Origin: Chromera velia
Taxonomy: Eukaryota
Direction: 5' to 3'
Assembly: GCA_018398765.1 (NCBI GenBank)
Contig: JAHBMJ010000285.1
Coordinates: 1 to 51,499, forward strand
DNA: 51,499 nt
Position 1 is the stretch's first letter; each line of letters begins with the position of its first letter. The notes under the pieces are model-generated. The model had not been told where the DNA came from. It made no database searches and was given only the letters and a program-made list of their open reading frames with translations. This document shows, in pieces, positions 13,440-27,149 of this stretch. The position numbers were made by a program, and so were the translations under genes.

Positions 13440-16400
13440 GAGAGAGAGATGAGATTTGTCAAAAAAGGGAAAAGGAAGGGAAAGAAAAACAAACACAGAC
13501 GGCCGGCGGAAGGGTGGTCAACTGAGGGGAAACTGCTGTTGTCGGAATCAGAATTAAACTAGGCAGTAAGGATCTTCTCTGTCTGTGAATCTCAAAGCTC
13601 AACTGACTGACCTCTGACTGAACACGGAACTGAACGACGAGAGGGGAATTTTGGTCAAGCCACTCTCATGAACGTCTTTCGAGGCTCCTCCTGTGTCCTT
13701 CTCCTCACCGTCTTTCTCGTGCTCCTGCAACAGCCTTTCTTCCGTCCCCCTCGTCTCCAGACTCTCCACTCTTGAATATTCTTCACTTCGTCTGTCCAAC
13801 AATAGAGCATTTCCAGTTCTTTGCGCCTCTGTTGCGGCAGAGGATGAAGCAAGGACGAAGGAGTGGAAGAGAGAGGCTGAAACTTTCTCTCCGTTTGGGT
13901 CATTGCCTCGCAGTGTGTCGCCGCGCTTTCTCGTACCGTCCGCCTTCCCACCAGCCGACGCTTCGATGCGACCCCCGTCTGTGTGTCCTGCTGAGTTGCT
14001 TCCACAAGACAGGCTCAGGAGGGCTCGGGCAACCTGCACAGCCAGAGAGGGTGGCAAAGAATGGTCAAGACAGAAAGAAAAATATCACCGAAGCGGCGCA
14101 ATCAAGACAGGTGGCTTGTTCATAAAAACTCTGGACAACTATGCACAAAACAGCAATCGCGTGAGACCTTCAACCAATGCAAGCGGCTCACATCACGTAA
14201 AAGAGAAACAAAATTACACGTCTCGCGATACGCGTCACATTCGCTGCTGTTACAGTTTCTTCTACCATGCCGACAGACAAACCCTGGCTTTCTGCAGAGC
14301 AGACGACGATAGAGCCTTTGAGTTCGGACTGGAAGAAGATTCCCCCAGGGGCGCCCTCCCTGCCTGTGAGAGTGTCAGGTTGACCGCCTCCTTCAGGGAA
14401 GATGCCCCCGTAGTCTTCTGCGTGTCTGTGGGAGAAGAAGACTGCTGTTGGGCTTGAGGGACCTGAGTGAATAGGGGAAAGAATAACTCGTCAAATGCGT
14501 TGATATGAACTAATGGAGAGAGCACTCGGCTAAGTAGTCAAACAAAAAGAGAAGCAAGAAATGATTGGATCAAGAAATGAACGTTTCCGGACGGGCAAAC
14601 TGTGTGATTGGACTGGCTGGATCCTCTACTTATGTCTCAGTTCCCCCCACCGTGCCCCCCCTCTCTCTCGCCCGTGCTGAGATGGAATGTTTGTCTTCTT
14701 TTGTACTAGAAGTCTATTCGTCTTCCTTGACACATTGCGTTGCAATTGTTTTCGTTTGCACATGCGCTCGATCTCGCTCTCACCTCCTGCATCCTCCTTT
14801 CACTCCGTTGCCCCCTTTCTCTCTGACTCCACATGATTCCTTCTTTCATCCGTCTTACCTTTTTCCTCCACTCGGGCCCCCCTTTTTTCCCCAAATTGTG
14901 TTTGCCTCCCTCCCTCCCTCCCTCTCTCCCACGCAAGCTTCCTGACCAACTCACTGTTTGCAAGTCCTCCAAGGCTGCCGGTGCCATAGCTTGGCAGAAG
15001 GCTGCGTAGACATTCAGAGTCTCTCGGAGGATCCCGGCCCCCCAGTGGTTTTGAGGAGGCGCATCTCTGCTTCCCTCAGCGCCCCCCCGGGCTTCCGTTT
15101 GCTGCCTGCAGAGAGTCGATTCAAGCCAAAAAGGGAGAGAGAGCTCAAAGAAACGACTTTAAAGAATACAAATGGTTTGCTGCGTCCACTCTTTCTAGCC
15201 TCTCAAAGTTCCACCCATCTTCACAGAGACAGACAAAAAAGGAAAACAAACCACAGAAATAGACATTTTGTTGTTGTTGTAGTCTTCAATGCCCCTCTCG
15301 CTGTTTCATTTTCAATCTGTTCTGCCTTCATCCCCCCCCCGGCAGGCAAACCGACCTGAGTCCCCCAACTGCGGAGGATCCAGGCGCACCACAGGAGAAG
15401 ATGTCCCAGAGACAAAACACAGAACTCCTTCCACCTGCGCCCTTGGCTTTGTCTGCAAGGCAAGCAACACAACAAGGACGACATATGAAAGAAAGGCCCC
15501 CCCTTGCGCTCCTGAGAAACCGACAAGCGAGAGAAGAGAAGAAATCAATCTTCGAGGGTTTGCGGTAAGTGCTAACACACAAAGGTTAGAAGCAGTCTGC
15601 CAAATCCTCCGGACGAATTGTCCCCGTTTGAATCTGGGCGCAAAGAGGGCACAATATATTGCTGGTGCCTCTCCTTGCTGTCTTGATAGCGGATGTCTTT
15701 ACAGACAGAACCGTCGCCTTGAGTTTCAATTTCGTAAAAGAAAGAAAGAAGCATGAGAGAGAACGAAGAGGAAACACAGAAACACTGGCTGACCCAACGC
15801 CTGTACAGAGCTCCCATCTGCCCCTGCTTTGTGCATCCGGCCTCTACGAGATGAGTGCGCAAAGACAAAAGGCTGGCATTGTTGTCCCCCCCCCCGTTTT
15901 GTCTTTGAGAGGCCGGCCGGGGCTCCCTCCGGCTTTCCCTGAAGCTCCTTTTCTGCCTTTCCTGTGCGAGTGGCCGACGTCTTATCCCCCAATTTTTGTG
16001 TCTCGCCGCCACCGCTGCCTTCTTCACTTTCCATAGGAGGATTGGATCCAGAGGGGGCTGAAGGTGCAGAGGCTTCAGGAGAGGGATTAGAAGGACCCAG
16101 CGACCCCGGCAGAATCGAACAGAGGGCCCGGGCAACTTTCTCTGAAGCCACTTTCCTCTCCTCTACAGGCATGCACTGAAGGGCTTGTATGATCTGACTT
16201 GCTACTTCATTTGCTGCCCCCTCTGCCTGTTTCTCCTTTGAGGAAAGTTTTGTTGGTTCAACGACAGAAGAGGAAGCGGAGGAGGAAGATACAGGATTGA
16301 GTTCCTTCTCGGCACATTCTCCTGTGGGCCCGGGGTCTGTCTCTTCCAACTGAGACTGAGACTGAGACTGTCCTCCTCCCTTGAGAGCGTCCGCCACAGT

Positions 16401-19279
16401 CGCTCTGACAAAGTCTGCAAGTTTTTTTGAGTCTGCAAACGGAGGCAGGGCTGCCCTTCGATTCTTCTCTTGGTCGGAGGAACAGTGTGAAGGCGGGTGG
16501 GCAGAGGGGCTAGGCTCAGGAGTGCAGTTGTCCTGATCCTGCACAGCATCTGTGGGCATAGTTGTGTTGGTAGGTTGGAATGATGATTGATTCTCTGCTG
16601 CTGCTGTACATCCTGGAGGTATGTATTCGGGTACTGAGACTCTATGGATGGTGTTTCTCTTGATTGGGGGGGATTCTTCTGCTTCCTCTTTTTCCTCCTC
16701 TGCACTCATCTGGCTCCTGCTTCTCTCAGTGGGCAGGCCGTCAGAGGGCTGTGCAGCGACAGTCCGCATGAAATCCCGAATGCGAGGAGAAAAGAGACTG
16801 CTGGCAGCGGACTGGGCAGCCCCTGTGTTGACCACAACAGCAGTTCGGGTTGAGGAGGAAGGTTGCTGGGTGGGGTTGTCCTCTTGGGGGGACACGGAGA
16901 GACCGGAGTCTGGTGGAAGAGGGGAACTCAAGGGAGGTGGAGAGGGCCTGGCAGGTTTGTTAGGATGGGTTTTGTCGGAAGAAGAGGTGAAGGGTGTATC
17001 ACTCGCTGGTTGGGGGGATTTGCGTTCTTCAACGTGGTGCGTGGTAGCATGGAACTGAGTTGTGATCTCTTCTTGCTCTTTCTGAGGTTTTTCTTCTCCA
17101 TCTGGCTTGGTTTGTCCCTTCGTTGGGGGACCTGGCGGGTGCAGATTGGCGGGTGTCTCTTTGGAGGTATGAGGAAGGACTGTCTGATGGTTGCGGGACG
17201 ACGATAATGAGGGCGTTGGTTGTGACGACTGTGGTGGATTTTCCCTCTCCTCCTTTCTTTCTCTTATTGCTTCCCCCTTTTCAACTTCAGAGCTTTCTGA
17301 GACGGTGTTTTCCATCTTCTCTGACGCTGCCTTGGAGTCTGCTTTCGTTTCTTTGGCAAATGTCTTACCATGACTCTCACTGTCCCGACGCTTCTGATCC
17401 TCTCCCTTTTCTTCACTCGTTGGATCTGACTGCCCCCCCTCCCTGTCTGTTGATGAAGCTTCTGTGGGGGCTCCCTCTCCCTTCTTTTTGGATGGCCACA
17501 CAAGAGTGAGTTCCATTCTGATGCTCTCTGGACTTTTTGGGCAGGTATCCTCTTCTTCTTCTTCTTCCTCGTCTGAATCCGGGCCCTCTCTTCCGTTTTT
17601 TTCGTTTTCTTTCAGGGGAGCGGAGGCAACAGGCTGACAAGAAGAAGAAGAAGAAGAAGAAGAAGAAGACCCTCCACCCTTGGCACCCTGCCGTCCTGCG
17701 AAAGAGCCCGTCTGTCTTCCTTTCTCTACAAGACCATCCGAGGACCTCATTGTCTTCGTGTTTCCTGTCGCAGCGATACTCCCCCCGTTGGGCTCTACAG
17801 GACAGGCAGCAGGCTGAGTAGGCCGATCTTTATCTCGATCTTTGCGTCTCTCCTCCGGCACTTGACACAGAAGCACCTGAGGGTCTCTCAGAAATGAATG
17901 GAGGGGGCTCACGTTCGTGAGGGAGGACTCCGAATTCCCCCTTCGGTCCTCCAGGCCCTTCTTGTCTTTCAACGGCGCTGCGGGGCTTCCGCTTCCTTTC
18001 TGTTTGTTTTCAAACGACAAAGAAAGATTACTGCTGGACGAGTAAGACGAGGAAGACTTCTGCTTCAGCGTGTGCCCGTGGTGAGACGAGGAGGAGGCTT
18101 CGTGACTCTCTGCAATCGGAGGTTGGCCAGTGAATGTGGCATTTGGTATTGCTTGACTTTGAACGGCAGCTGTCGACGCAAAATGTGTTTTCCCCTTTTT
18201 ATTTCCTTTCATGTCTTTCTGCGTTTTCTTCGCTCCACCCCCGTCTCTGCCCACCTTTTTGGATGGCGGTTTGCTTTTGAGAGTTTCTGTCGCTATGGGG
18301 TTTGGGACGTGGGAAGGCTTCCGCTTCTTTCGACGACCCGGAGCGCTGCCCTGCAAAAGAAGCAGGGACGAATAAGGCAAAAAAGGAAGAAAAACTTGTT
18401 TTTTTGTCATCAAAAAGACAAGAAGAGGGCAGAGAAAGCACACCGGGAAAGTACACATCAGAAGGACGGTGGGGATTTCTTCTTCTAGATTGTTTTTTGG
18501 AGTACACACGAAAGAAGGAGAGGGGGGGACTGGCTGTACACAGGGAAGAAATAAGCAGGAGGCTCTCGAAACAAATAATCTAGTTCCATATACATGCAAT
18601 ATACTGCAAGGTCAAAAGGTGGAGAAACAGGTCGCTAGGGGAGCAGCCAAGAAGTCGCGGGTTTGAAGGCTCCAGTTTAAATGTGTTGCTCACGTACATG
18701 CGAACAAATCACTCGAAACACTTTTTACCAGATCAGAGGACACAGACTGACCACACAGAAGTCAATCTCCACTCTCCTTGGTTGCCAGTCAGGGCCTATT
18801 GAAGGTCCACTCTGACCATTTTTTTGCCGTTGTGAACCATGTATGTGTTGTTGACTATTCTTTGAAACGCAAGGTGTTGCATTCGTGTCCTCCAGTTCAT
18901 TTGCGCTTCTCCCTGTAGCTTTGGGGTGTGGCACCACGCCATGGGAAGCCTCAGCAAGCCCCTCAAAAGAAGAATGGCTCGTCACAAACCCACCCGTACA
19001 CGTCAAGGCCTCCTCCAGCGAAGACTTACAAGCGTCCGATGAAACTCCGCAACGACGCTGAACAACAGTATTGTGCGTCGAAGTGTTGTTTGCAGAAGCA
19101 GGACACCCTGAAGTCTGCGAAGCTTCCGTGAAGGCGCACGTTCCACCTTTTTCGTGCCCTGAACTGGTAGCTGTGACGTCTTCTGCAGCTCCCAGAGAGG
19201 AGAGAAAGTGGTGAGCCCCTGTTTCTCTGGCAAGTCTGAATGCGTTGGGGAGAAGGGCGGCGAGGTCGGAGGTTTGCAT
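7191..19279 (-). CDS. TTLL: Tubulin-tyrosine ligase-like (TTLL) protein, probable tubulin polyglutamylase, ~2100 aa, 18 exons: 19279-18752, 18350-15794, 15452-15356, 15105-14955, 14462-14283, 14033-13612, 13268-13218, 12964-12838, 12630-12596, 12294-12172, 11838-11780, 11470-11394, 11045-10941, 10668-10610, 10300-9282, 8803-8687, 8236-8162, 7757-7191
   Basis: Spliced exons give the canonical TTL motifs in order: [128 protein letters not shown]. All introns are GT-AG and phases match, except across the N gap at 10056-10095. Core exons (13268-7191) are solid; attachment of the low-complexity 5' exons is less certain. Confidence 0.88.
7778..7971. repeat. Compound (CA)n/(GA)n/(GACAGA)n microsatellite in the last TTLL intron
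   Basis: Directly visible in the sequence. Confidence 0.9.
9142..9292. repeat. 36-bp tandem repeat (~4.2 copies) overlapping a TTLL splice donor
   Basis: Unit tgaggaaagcgcaaccaaaacaaaaaaccaacttga starts at 9142, 9178, 9214 and 9250, with a partial copy at 9286. Confidence 0.92.
10056..10095. other. Assembly gap inside a poly-C/G run in a TTLL exon (a second gap lies at 24431-24446)
   Basis: Runs of N; the reading frame shifts across the first gap. Confidence 0.98.
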
Positions 19280-20814
19280 CGTGGAAGGACAAGTGGTGCG
19301 GCATGCGGTTCTCTGTTCCTCTTGCACGGTGGCAGACAAATGACTGTTTGTTTGGTATGATCGTGCAATCAAAAGACACCGGGCATATACATGATCGAAC
19401 TTTATCTTACATGCACTACTATGGTCCAGTTTTCTCTCAGTGGACCGGCCGGTTTGATTTCACTTGTATTGAGTTCTGCAAAGTGCATGCATGCATGGAA
19501 AGGCGTGGCGGCACCTGCAGAGCCCTTAGCCGTGCGTTCCAGCGTCGTTGCCGCAAGTAGCCGCAAAGGCCGGCCGGCGCGCCGCCAAAGAAAAATTATT
19601 ATATCCGTACGCAAAAAAAAAAAAGAAAACGGTCGATCAAAAAGAAAAGATGAAGAGAAAAGAAAGAAGGATCGTGAGAAGAAGACGAGGTAGTATTCGG
19701 AAGTACTGGACTGTCAGTTTGGCTAAGCCGTTCGAGAAATTGGATTCGGCATCCTCCCTCCTCGCTGTATGTCTGTAGTGCACGAACCACCGCATATCTA
19801 TAGTGCGTCCACCCCTGCACATCTGTATTATAAAAAAACCCACACAGTCAAAAAGACTCAGAGACTCGACCCAGACTCGTCTCCTCTTGCCACTCCTTGC
19901 AGTCAAAAGCTTGGAAAGCAAACCAGAGAGACAGCTGGCGGCAGTGCAGTAATATGTAGTAATTACAGGTCAGCAGGTCAAGTAGAAGAAATAACCTGCG
20001 CAACTATCACACAAGAAAAATTCCGATACAGCTCAATATGTTCTCTCAACACCACCTCTAATAGTCGGCCTGCTGCAGATAGACTCCACCGAGTACACCT
20101 TGTCAACCCACATCAGCTGTACCAACAGGTCAGCAGATACACGCGCCCGCTGCCGTAACCATGACGGTCGTCAGAGTACTCATATCCCCGACCGGTCAAA
20201 AAATTATATAACGTAAAAACACAGATTCTAAGGTCTCTTTCAGACAGCATAAAGGAAGTGTTATTCCTAGATAATCTCCCAGCTAGAAAGGAAGTTTGTT
20301 TTCTGTCGCATTTCCACTGATGTTCAGGATTTGCCGGTCGAAAATAAAGGAATTTATCACTTGGACGCGCGTGGATACTTATCTCAGATGGCGACTCATT
20401 ACGAGATATACCATGATTCAAGTATTTTTTAGATTCGAACTTGACTTTTTAATCCGAACTTTTTAGGTGTTTTCGAAATAATATTTCATGTTTTAAATTT
20501 ATGTTTAGATATCTTTGAAATTTTATCAAACAGATTTTTAATTTTTCAGGTTTATTTGAAATAAAATTTTATCCTTTAAATTTATGTTTATAGATATATA
20601 TGTTTAAAATTTTATCAAACAGATTTTTAACTTTTCAAGTCTATTTGAAACAAAATTTTATATGTTTCAAATTTATGTTTATATATATGTTTAATATTTT
20701 ATCAAACACATATCGAACACATTTTTACGTTTTAGTACGTAACTGAAATAAAGTGAAACACAAATCATATCCTACGATATCCTATCCACGTAAAATTATA
20801 ATACTATAATATAC

Positions 20815-21042
20815 TAGGCCTATCACAGAGAAAAAAAAATAATTAAAGCCAATTCTCGCTTAATTTTTTTTTTTTAGGCAGTGGACATAGTAAATAACTG
20901 TTGTTTAGGTGTTGCATAAGTGTTGTTTGAGTGTTGCACAACTATTATCAACTGTTGTTTTAGTGTTACGCAAAAAATAAAAAAAATAAAAAAATTATTT
21001 AGGCAACTTTTCAGTTTTTTTTTTTTTACGGTGATACGCCTA
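20815..21042. mobile_element. ~228-bp MITE nested in the left arm of the large TIR element
   Basis: Left end taggcctatcacagagaaaaaaaaa matches the reverse complement of the right end, taggcgtatcaccgtaaaaaaaaa. Both ends overlap CTAG/TA. The interior is non-coding. Confidence 0.55.
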
Positions 21043-21984
21043 GATAATGTACAGCAACATGAGTAATAAAATAATGTTATACAATTTTAATAGCAATTTT
21101 ATAATAAGATTTTAAACGTAGTACAGTAAGCCTATGTATATAGTAACAAAATTTTAATTTTTATATCAATTTATTTTTAAATTTGTCTTGAGCAATAAAT
21201 GTATTTACATATGCGTCAATCAAAACCGATTAAAACATTTCTGTTACATTTGTAACTCTAGCTAGAGCTCTTTAATTTTAATGGCTATTGGTAGCATACA
21301 TGCACACTGTGGTACGCCTGCAACATGTACGTGGTCTATGCAGTAAAAGGTCTGTCAGTCGGAAAGACCGTCGCTGTTTGTGTTTCCAGGATTTGGCTTG
21401 CCATCAGTCTGATCTCATGCTCTCACGTAACAGACAACAGAAACGCGACTGGTGATTTATGTGGCTAAAATGCATGCAGCAACGCCCGTGCTCCCTTTCA
21501 ACCTCGGTCCCGCGACGCATGCAGATGCACTGACTCTTTTATCATCGCGGTGGCAACACCGATTGCGGCGGCCGGTCGAGGTGCTCGCATCCGCTCGCCC
21601 CTCGACCCACACTCATGTCACACAGTTATTGGTAACCCCTGCTATGCGGCGCTTCCCGTAAAATTGAAGATGTTGATTGGCCTGCAATGATACAAAAAGA
21701 AACGTACTTCGATCAAGATATGTTGTGTGTGTATATGTTTTTTTTTTCGGTTTTTGTTTGTTCTATTCTCCTTTCCTTCTCCATTTCCTCCCATCTCCGA
21801 AACCTTCTCCCTCCTCTTCTCTCTTACTCCTCGCCTTTCTCTCTCAATTTTGCGGTTCTTCCTCCCCTGAGACCCTGAGAAGCTCCCTGCACATTCCTCT
21901 CTTGGAAGCCCTCCGTCCCTACTTTCTTTCTTTCCCTCTTTCCTTACATTCTCTTCCCTTTCATTTTTAAGAGCTGCTTTCCTT

Positions 21985-22163
21985 TTTCCTTTCGTTTTGT
22001 CCTTTTTTTCCTTTCCTTTCCTTTCCTTCGATTCCCTTTCTATCTTTCTGCCTTCCTCCTACCCTCTCTTTCTATTTTTTTTCTTTCTTTCTTTCTTTCT
22101 TTCTTTCTTTTTTTCTTTGTTCCTTCCTTCCATCTTTCTTTCCTCCTTTCCTTTCTGCCTTCG

Positions 22164-22195
<32 letters not shown>

Positions 22196-22342
22196 TTTTT
22201 CTTCCTTTCTTCCTTTCTTCCTTTCTTTCTTCATTTCTTCCTTTCTTCCTCTCCCTCTCCCTCTCCCTCTTTCTTTCTTTCTTTCTAAGATTTTTGTTCT
22301 TTGTTTCTTTCTTTCTGTCTGTCTGTCTTTCTTTCTTTCTTT
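21985..22342. repeat. (TTTC)n polypyrimidine microsatellite tract
   Basis: Directly visible in the sequence. Confidence 0.9.
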
Positions 22343-22409
22343 CGTGCGTGTCATGCGTGCATGCATGCCGAAACCACGGGGCTCGGTAGGTCAATAATAT
22401 ATGATGCGG

Positions 22410-22540
22410 CGTGCGTCAATATGATGTTACTTACCATAAGCTGACGTGCGTCAATGTGATGTTACTTGCCGTATAGACCGGCGTGCGTCAATGATGTTAC
22501 TTGCCGTATCAACCTGCACGTGCGTCAGTGATCAATGTTA
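22410..22540. repeat. Four-copy 35-37 bp minisatellite (core cgtgcgtcaat[a/g]tgatgttacttgccgt)
   Basis: Cores start at 22410, 22445, 22482 and 22519 and are separated by short variable linkers. Confidence 0.8.
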
Positions 22541-22573
22541 TATTGATACGTACTATTATTAAATAATTCTGTG

Positions 22574-22618
<45 letters not shown>

Positions 22619-24461
22619 CTATAATGTAATATGGCTAATTAGCATGCATACATTCGCTTATCAATGTCCAGAATGCTTTGTTATCTAATTCTTTCTTAGC
22701 TTCTCTGCTCCCTCCATATGCCTAAAGTCTGACATACTGGTGGCCGTGGCAGCCAAATCGTCTGAGCAGGTGGGCACTGTGACTTTACTGGATGCAGCTG
22801 TGTATGCATGCGTCTGTGCTTGCATTTTGTACCTGTGTTTGCTTGTCTCCATGCCTGTATTTTGTACTGATGTGTGCGTGCGTCCGTAGTTATGTGTGTA
22901 TATCTGTATGTGAGTCTATGTCTTTCTCCGTGCGTGTATGTATTCTCGCAGGACTCATGTTAGGCCCTCCACTCATGCTGTCTAAACCTGGAAAATGACT
23001 GCCTGGGCTAACCCTAGGCAGCCCTCTCGGGCTGCCTGGGGCCTTACTTTCGACCTTCCCCAGGCGGTCCGCAAGGCTGTGGCCGCCAGGCGGGCGGTTG
23101 CGCGGCGATATGCATGGGCGGGCCCGCGAGCGCACATGCACCGGCGCGCCGCGCATACAACGCGTCCCCAACCAGCTCCATTTTGAGGGCCACGCAACGC
23201 TCGCAGAAAATGTTCGTGCAAAGCCTCATACATGCATCGCAATGCAGCTCTCTGCTTTTCAAGTCGAGCTTCATTATTGTCTCATGTTGGCTCACTTCAT
23301 TTTTTCAATACAACTGTTGAACAGTGTGTCACTGAACGTCTTTCTAGAATGTCAGCTCTTCAATTTATTGTGTCATCGAGCTTTGGAGACGACCTGCTTA
23401 ACCAGAACGGACTTATCTGAGTTTTTGGATCTCAAAAGGTCAGTCAACGCATGCTGGGAGCGGCTGGGAGATGTCATGAAGTGACTTGTGTGCAGAGTAG
23501 GTTCAGCCACGCAGCCCACCAGTCTTAGACAAACCACTTGTCAGCACGTTGATTGCAAATCCTTGTTGCTTTGCGGTTTGCATTTCACTTTTGAGAGTCT
23601 ACCTCAGCAAAACTTCGAGCAACAGTTGCGTCTCCGTATGTCTTGACTTCAATATACTTGCCGCATGACGGTCTATCCACTTCTTTTTTGAAAACCCATG
23701 ATACCTTCTTATTTCTTTTTAGCTTCTGTCCTCGTTCATGACATTGTATGCAGAATTAAACAAAAGCGCCACAGGCGGCATCGTTTAAGTTTTCTGGAGC
23801 TCAACCAATTTCCCCTTACTGTATGGAATGGCCGGTAAGCTAAACGCGTCTACTTCTCTTTCTTGAAAGTCCAGCAAGCTAGAGAGCCTCTTTTTCTCAA
23901 CGCAATAAAACATCTTGTAGCAACATTGAACAAACAAGTCGCCGTTTTGCGGCTGGATGGAATTTGATGGATCCGCATACATGCATGCATACACCGCCCA
24001 TTTCCTATACCTGCCTTCTTATCTCCAACTTCTTCTCTTCTCTTTACTCTCATACAAACGACCACTGTGTTATCTTCTGACTTGTGTGTTTGTCTCCAGG
24101 TTTGCTGAGAATGACCGGCTATCTTCTGCATCAGAACTGCGTCTCCCAAGTCTTTGAATAACTGTCCATCCATCTCAATCGATCTCAATCTATATATCAC
24201 GTGCACTCTGGCGATGCTTAGTTGTTTCCAGTCGTTTCACTAGCTTGTGCTACTCTCTTACATGCATGGACAACTTCAATGTGCATGCATAATCAGTTGG
24301 TTGAAGCCTGGTTTGAACAGTGGTTTCCTGATCGGCACTATATGACACTGGCAGACAGGTTGGCGTGGTCGGCATGAAGTTGGCATGGTTGGCGTGGTCG
24401 GTGTGTGTATGTGTGTGTATTTGTGTGTGTNNNNNNNNNNNNNNNNTGTGTGTGTGTGTGT

Positions 24462-24503
<42 letters not shown>

Positions 24504-26399
24504 ATATGTGTGTCTGGTATAGTGGCTCACACAGAGAGAAGAAGAGCGTTCGAGGGATGAATATGAAAAACATCAGACATCCAAAACAAGAGCGTGGTTG
24601 ACTGTGGGTAGACTTGCAAGTCGAGTATCGGCGACTATAGACTGTGGTGACGCTTTCATTTGCATATATTCAACACACTCCATCTATAACTGAATGCGCT
24701 TCATGATGACAGTATACTCCAGTACTGCTACCACCAGCATATCCACATATTAAAAGAAAATGTAAGTATGTTCTTATGACAATATGTTATATTTGTATAT
24801 CAGAAGCCTTTATAACATTAATTTAAGCTTTTGAGGCCTTTAATTAGTCTTTGAAGTTTAAATTTAAAAGTTATAGAGAAAGTTATAAATTTAGATGAGT
24901 AATTTAAAATAATTAAAAAAAAAATAGCTTAGTAATTGAAAGTAATTTAGAATAGTCAAATAAAGTAATTTAGAAAGTTAATTGATGTCTAACTCTAGTT
25001 AGTTAACAAACCAACTGTGCACTAATGGACGTCGATGTACTGGGTTAACAAACCTACATTATATGTGATTCCCCGTGGTTGGTCAGAGCCTAAGTGGTGG
25101 ATCACTGGCCTTAACCACCTCAAATTATTCATTTATCACATTGAAGTACAATGATAACAAATATAGTCTATGGTTCATTTCAATCGTTTGAAATAAAATT
25201 TTAAGTTGTTATATTTATTAAGCATACGTATAATATAGTAGTAGTATAATACTATAGTTGTGTTACTCTAAAGATATACAAATATATTAAAAGTTAAACT
25301 TACAATTTATAGCATAGATTTAGAAACATATGGATCTTCTTTTTTTTTTTAATTTATTTTTTTCTTACTTTAAAAGCTTAAACTTAAAGTCTTAAAGCTA
25401 CCCAGATCTGAAACATGTGTGTCAATCACTAAAACCTTATACAAAAAAGTTAAAAAAAAAAATATTATAAAAATTTATAGAAACATTGATTGATTGGACA
25501 GGCAAATTAATCTATTGATTGATTGATTTGTTGGATCCAAAGGGGGCGATCGATCGAAAAAAGACCTATGCATTAAAATTCTCACATGCACACACAATTC
25601 AAGCGCATTGCCAGCACATCGGTCCTGGAGAGGGACCAAAAGAGAGATAGTCAATCAGTCCATCAAGCAAACAAATAAATTTAAACAAATTGCAAACGAA
25701 TAGCGGCTACATGGACAGCTGTAAACAGCCAAATGCATGCATACCAGTAGCGCGGCGGTCAACAAATTCATTCAAAGGATTTACACCAGTAAAAACACAA
25801 ATCCAAATTAATATAAAATACAAGCACGTGCGTAAAACATACCTCAAACCACAGTTCTTTCTTTGGTTTCTCGTGCGGTTCTTCCGATATCTACACCTTT
25901 TTTCATCAACAGTTTTCTTCGAGTATTGTTAGAGGAAAGGTAACTCCTGGCTGAAAATCCTTTTGTCGCTTTTCCCTTATTAATATCAAGACGCGTTGCA
26001 TCACAGTGACTGCGATTCATATAAAAATTCATAAAGCGTAAGGTAGAATTTTGTCCGTCTTTGTCCGGACTCTTAGGAATCTTTTTCTTTCTACATATGT
26101 CGCTCATACAAAAAATGAGAAAGAGGGCCGAAGGCGGGGAAGAGAGGCAAACGGGAAAGCAGGAAGCCTAGGAAGTTGGAGGGCATACACAAATGAATCC
26201 CCATCAGTTCGTTTGCCCAACCTTTGCCCTGCCCCCTTTCTTCTCTTTTTCCTCCAGGAATGACCACCAGCAGGATCGAATTCCGTTTTTTTTGTTCTTT
26301 TCCTTCATTGAATTTCACCTTTCTGCTTCTCGCTCTCTAAAAAAAGATACCGTGCAGCCAGAAGAGCTCAACGGTTGGAGAGGGACAATAGCAGGAAGA

Positions 26400-26429
26400 A
26401 CTCTGTCTATCTGTCTGTCTGTCTATCTA

Positions 26430-26460
<31 letters not shown>

Positions 26461-26830
26461 ATCTCTCTGTTTCTCTGTCTCTCTCTCTCTCTCTCAGTCT
26501 CTCTGTCTGTCTGTCTGTCTGTCTATCTGTTTGTCTATCTGTCTGTCTGTCTGCCTGTCTGTCTGAAAGAAAGGAAGCGATTCGAAAAAAGTGAAGTGAA
26601 GAAAAGACGATATAGTCCGTCTGTCTGTCTGTCTATCTCTCTGTCTCTCTGTCTCTATATTTCTTCATCTCTCTATCTCTCTATCTTTCAGTCTCTCTAT
26701 CTCTCAGTCTCTCTGTCTTTTTGTCTGTCTGTCTGCCTGCCTGTCTGCCTGTCTGCCTGTCTTTTTGTCTGTCTATCTGTCTCTGTCTGTTTGTTTGTCT
26801 GTCTAAGGCTGTCTTTCTGTCTGTCTGTCA
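26400..26830. repeat. (TCTG)n/(TC)n/(TCTA)n compound microsatellite
   Basis: Directly visible in the sequence. Confidence 0.9.
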
Positions 26831-27149
26831 CCTAGGTCTATCTCTCTGACTACCCGTTGTGTTCATGAAGAAGAGGAGGTAAAAAAACATATAGTCTGTT
26901 TGTCTGACTTTCCGTTGTATTCATGAAGAAGAGGAGGAAAAGAAACCATATGGTCTGTCAGTCTGACTGTTTGTCTGTCTGTTGGCTAGGTCTGTCGGTC
27001 GGTCGGTCTCTCTCTGTCCGCCCCCCAAAAAAAGAATTCAAACCATATGGTCTGCCTATCTAATTCTAGCGTCCAATTATCTTTGCAGTATGTGTTGGTG
27101 TCTCTGTCTATCTGTCCAATTGTGTGCTTTCTTTTCTTTGGTATATACG

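Noticed and set aside
22410..22540. Possible CRISPR array
   Set aside because: Linkers are only 7-11 nt, the repeats are degenerate, the context is eukaryotic, and no cas genes are present.
23400..23560. KDZ/Zisupton transposase motif
   Set aside because: The resemblance is weak and needs frameshifts, there is no 8-bp TSD, and the upstream remnant fits MULE better.
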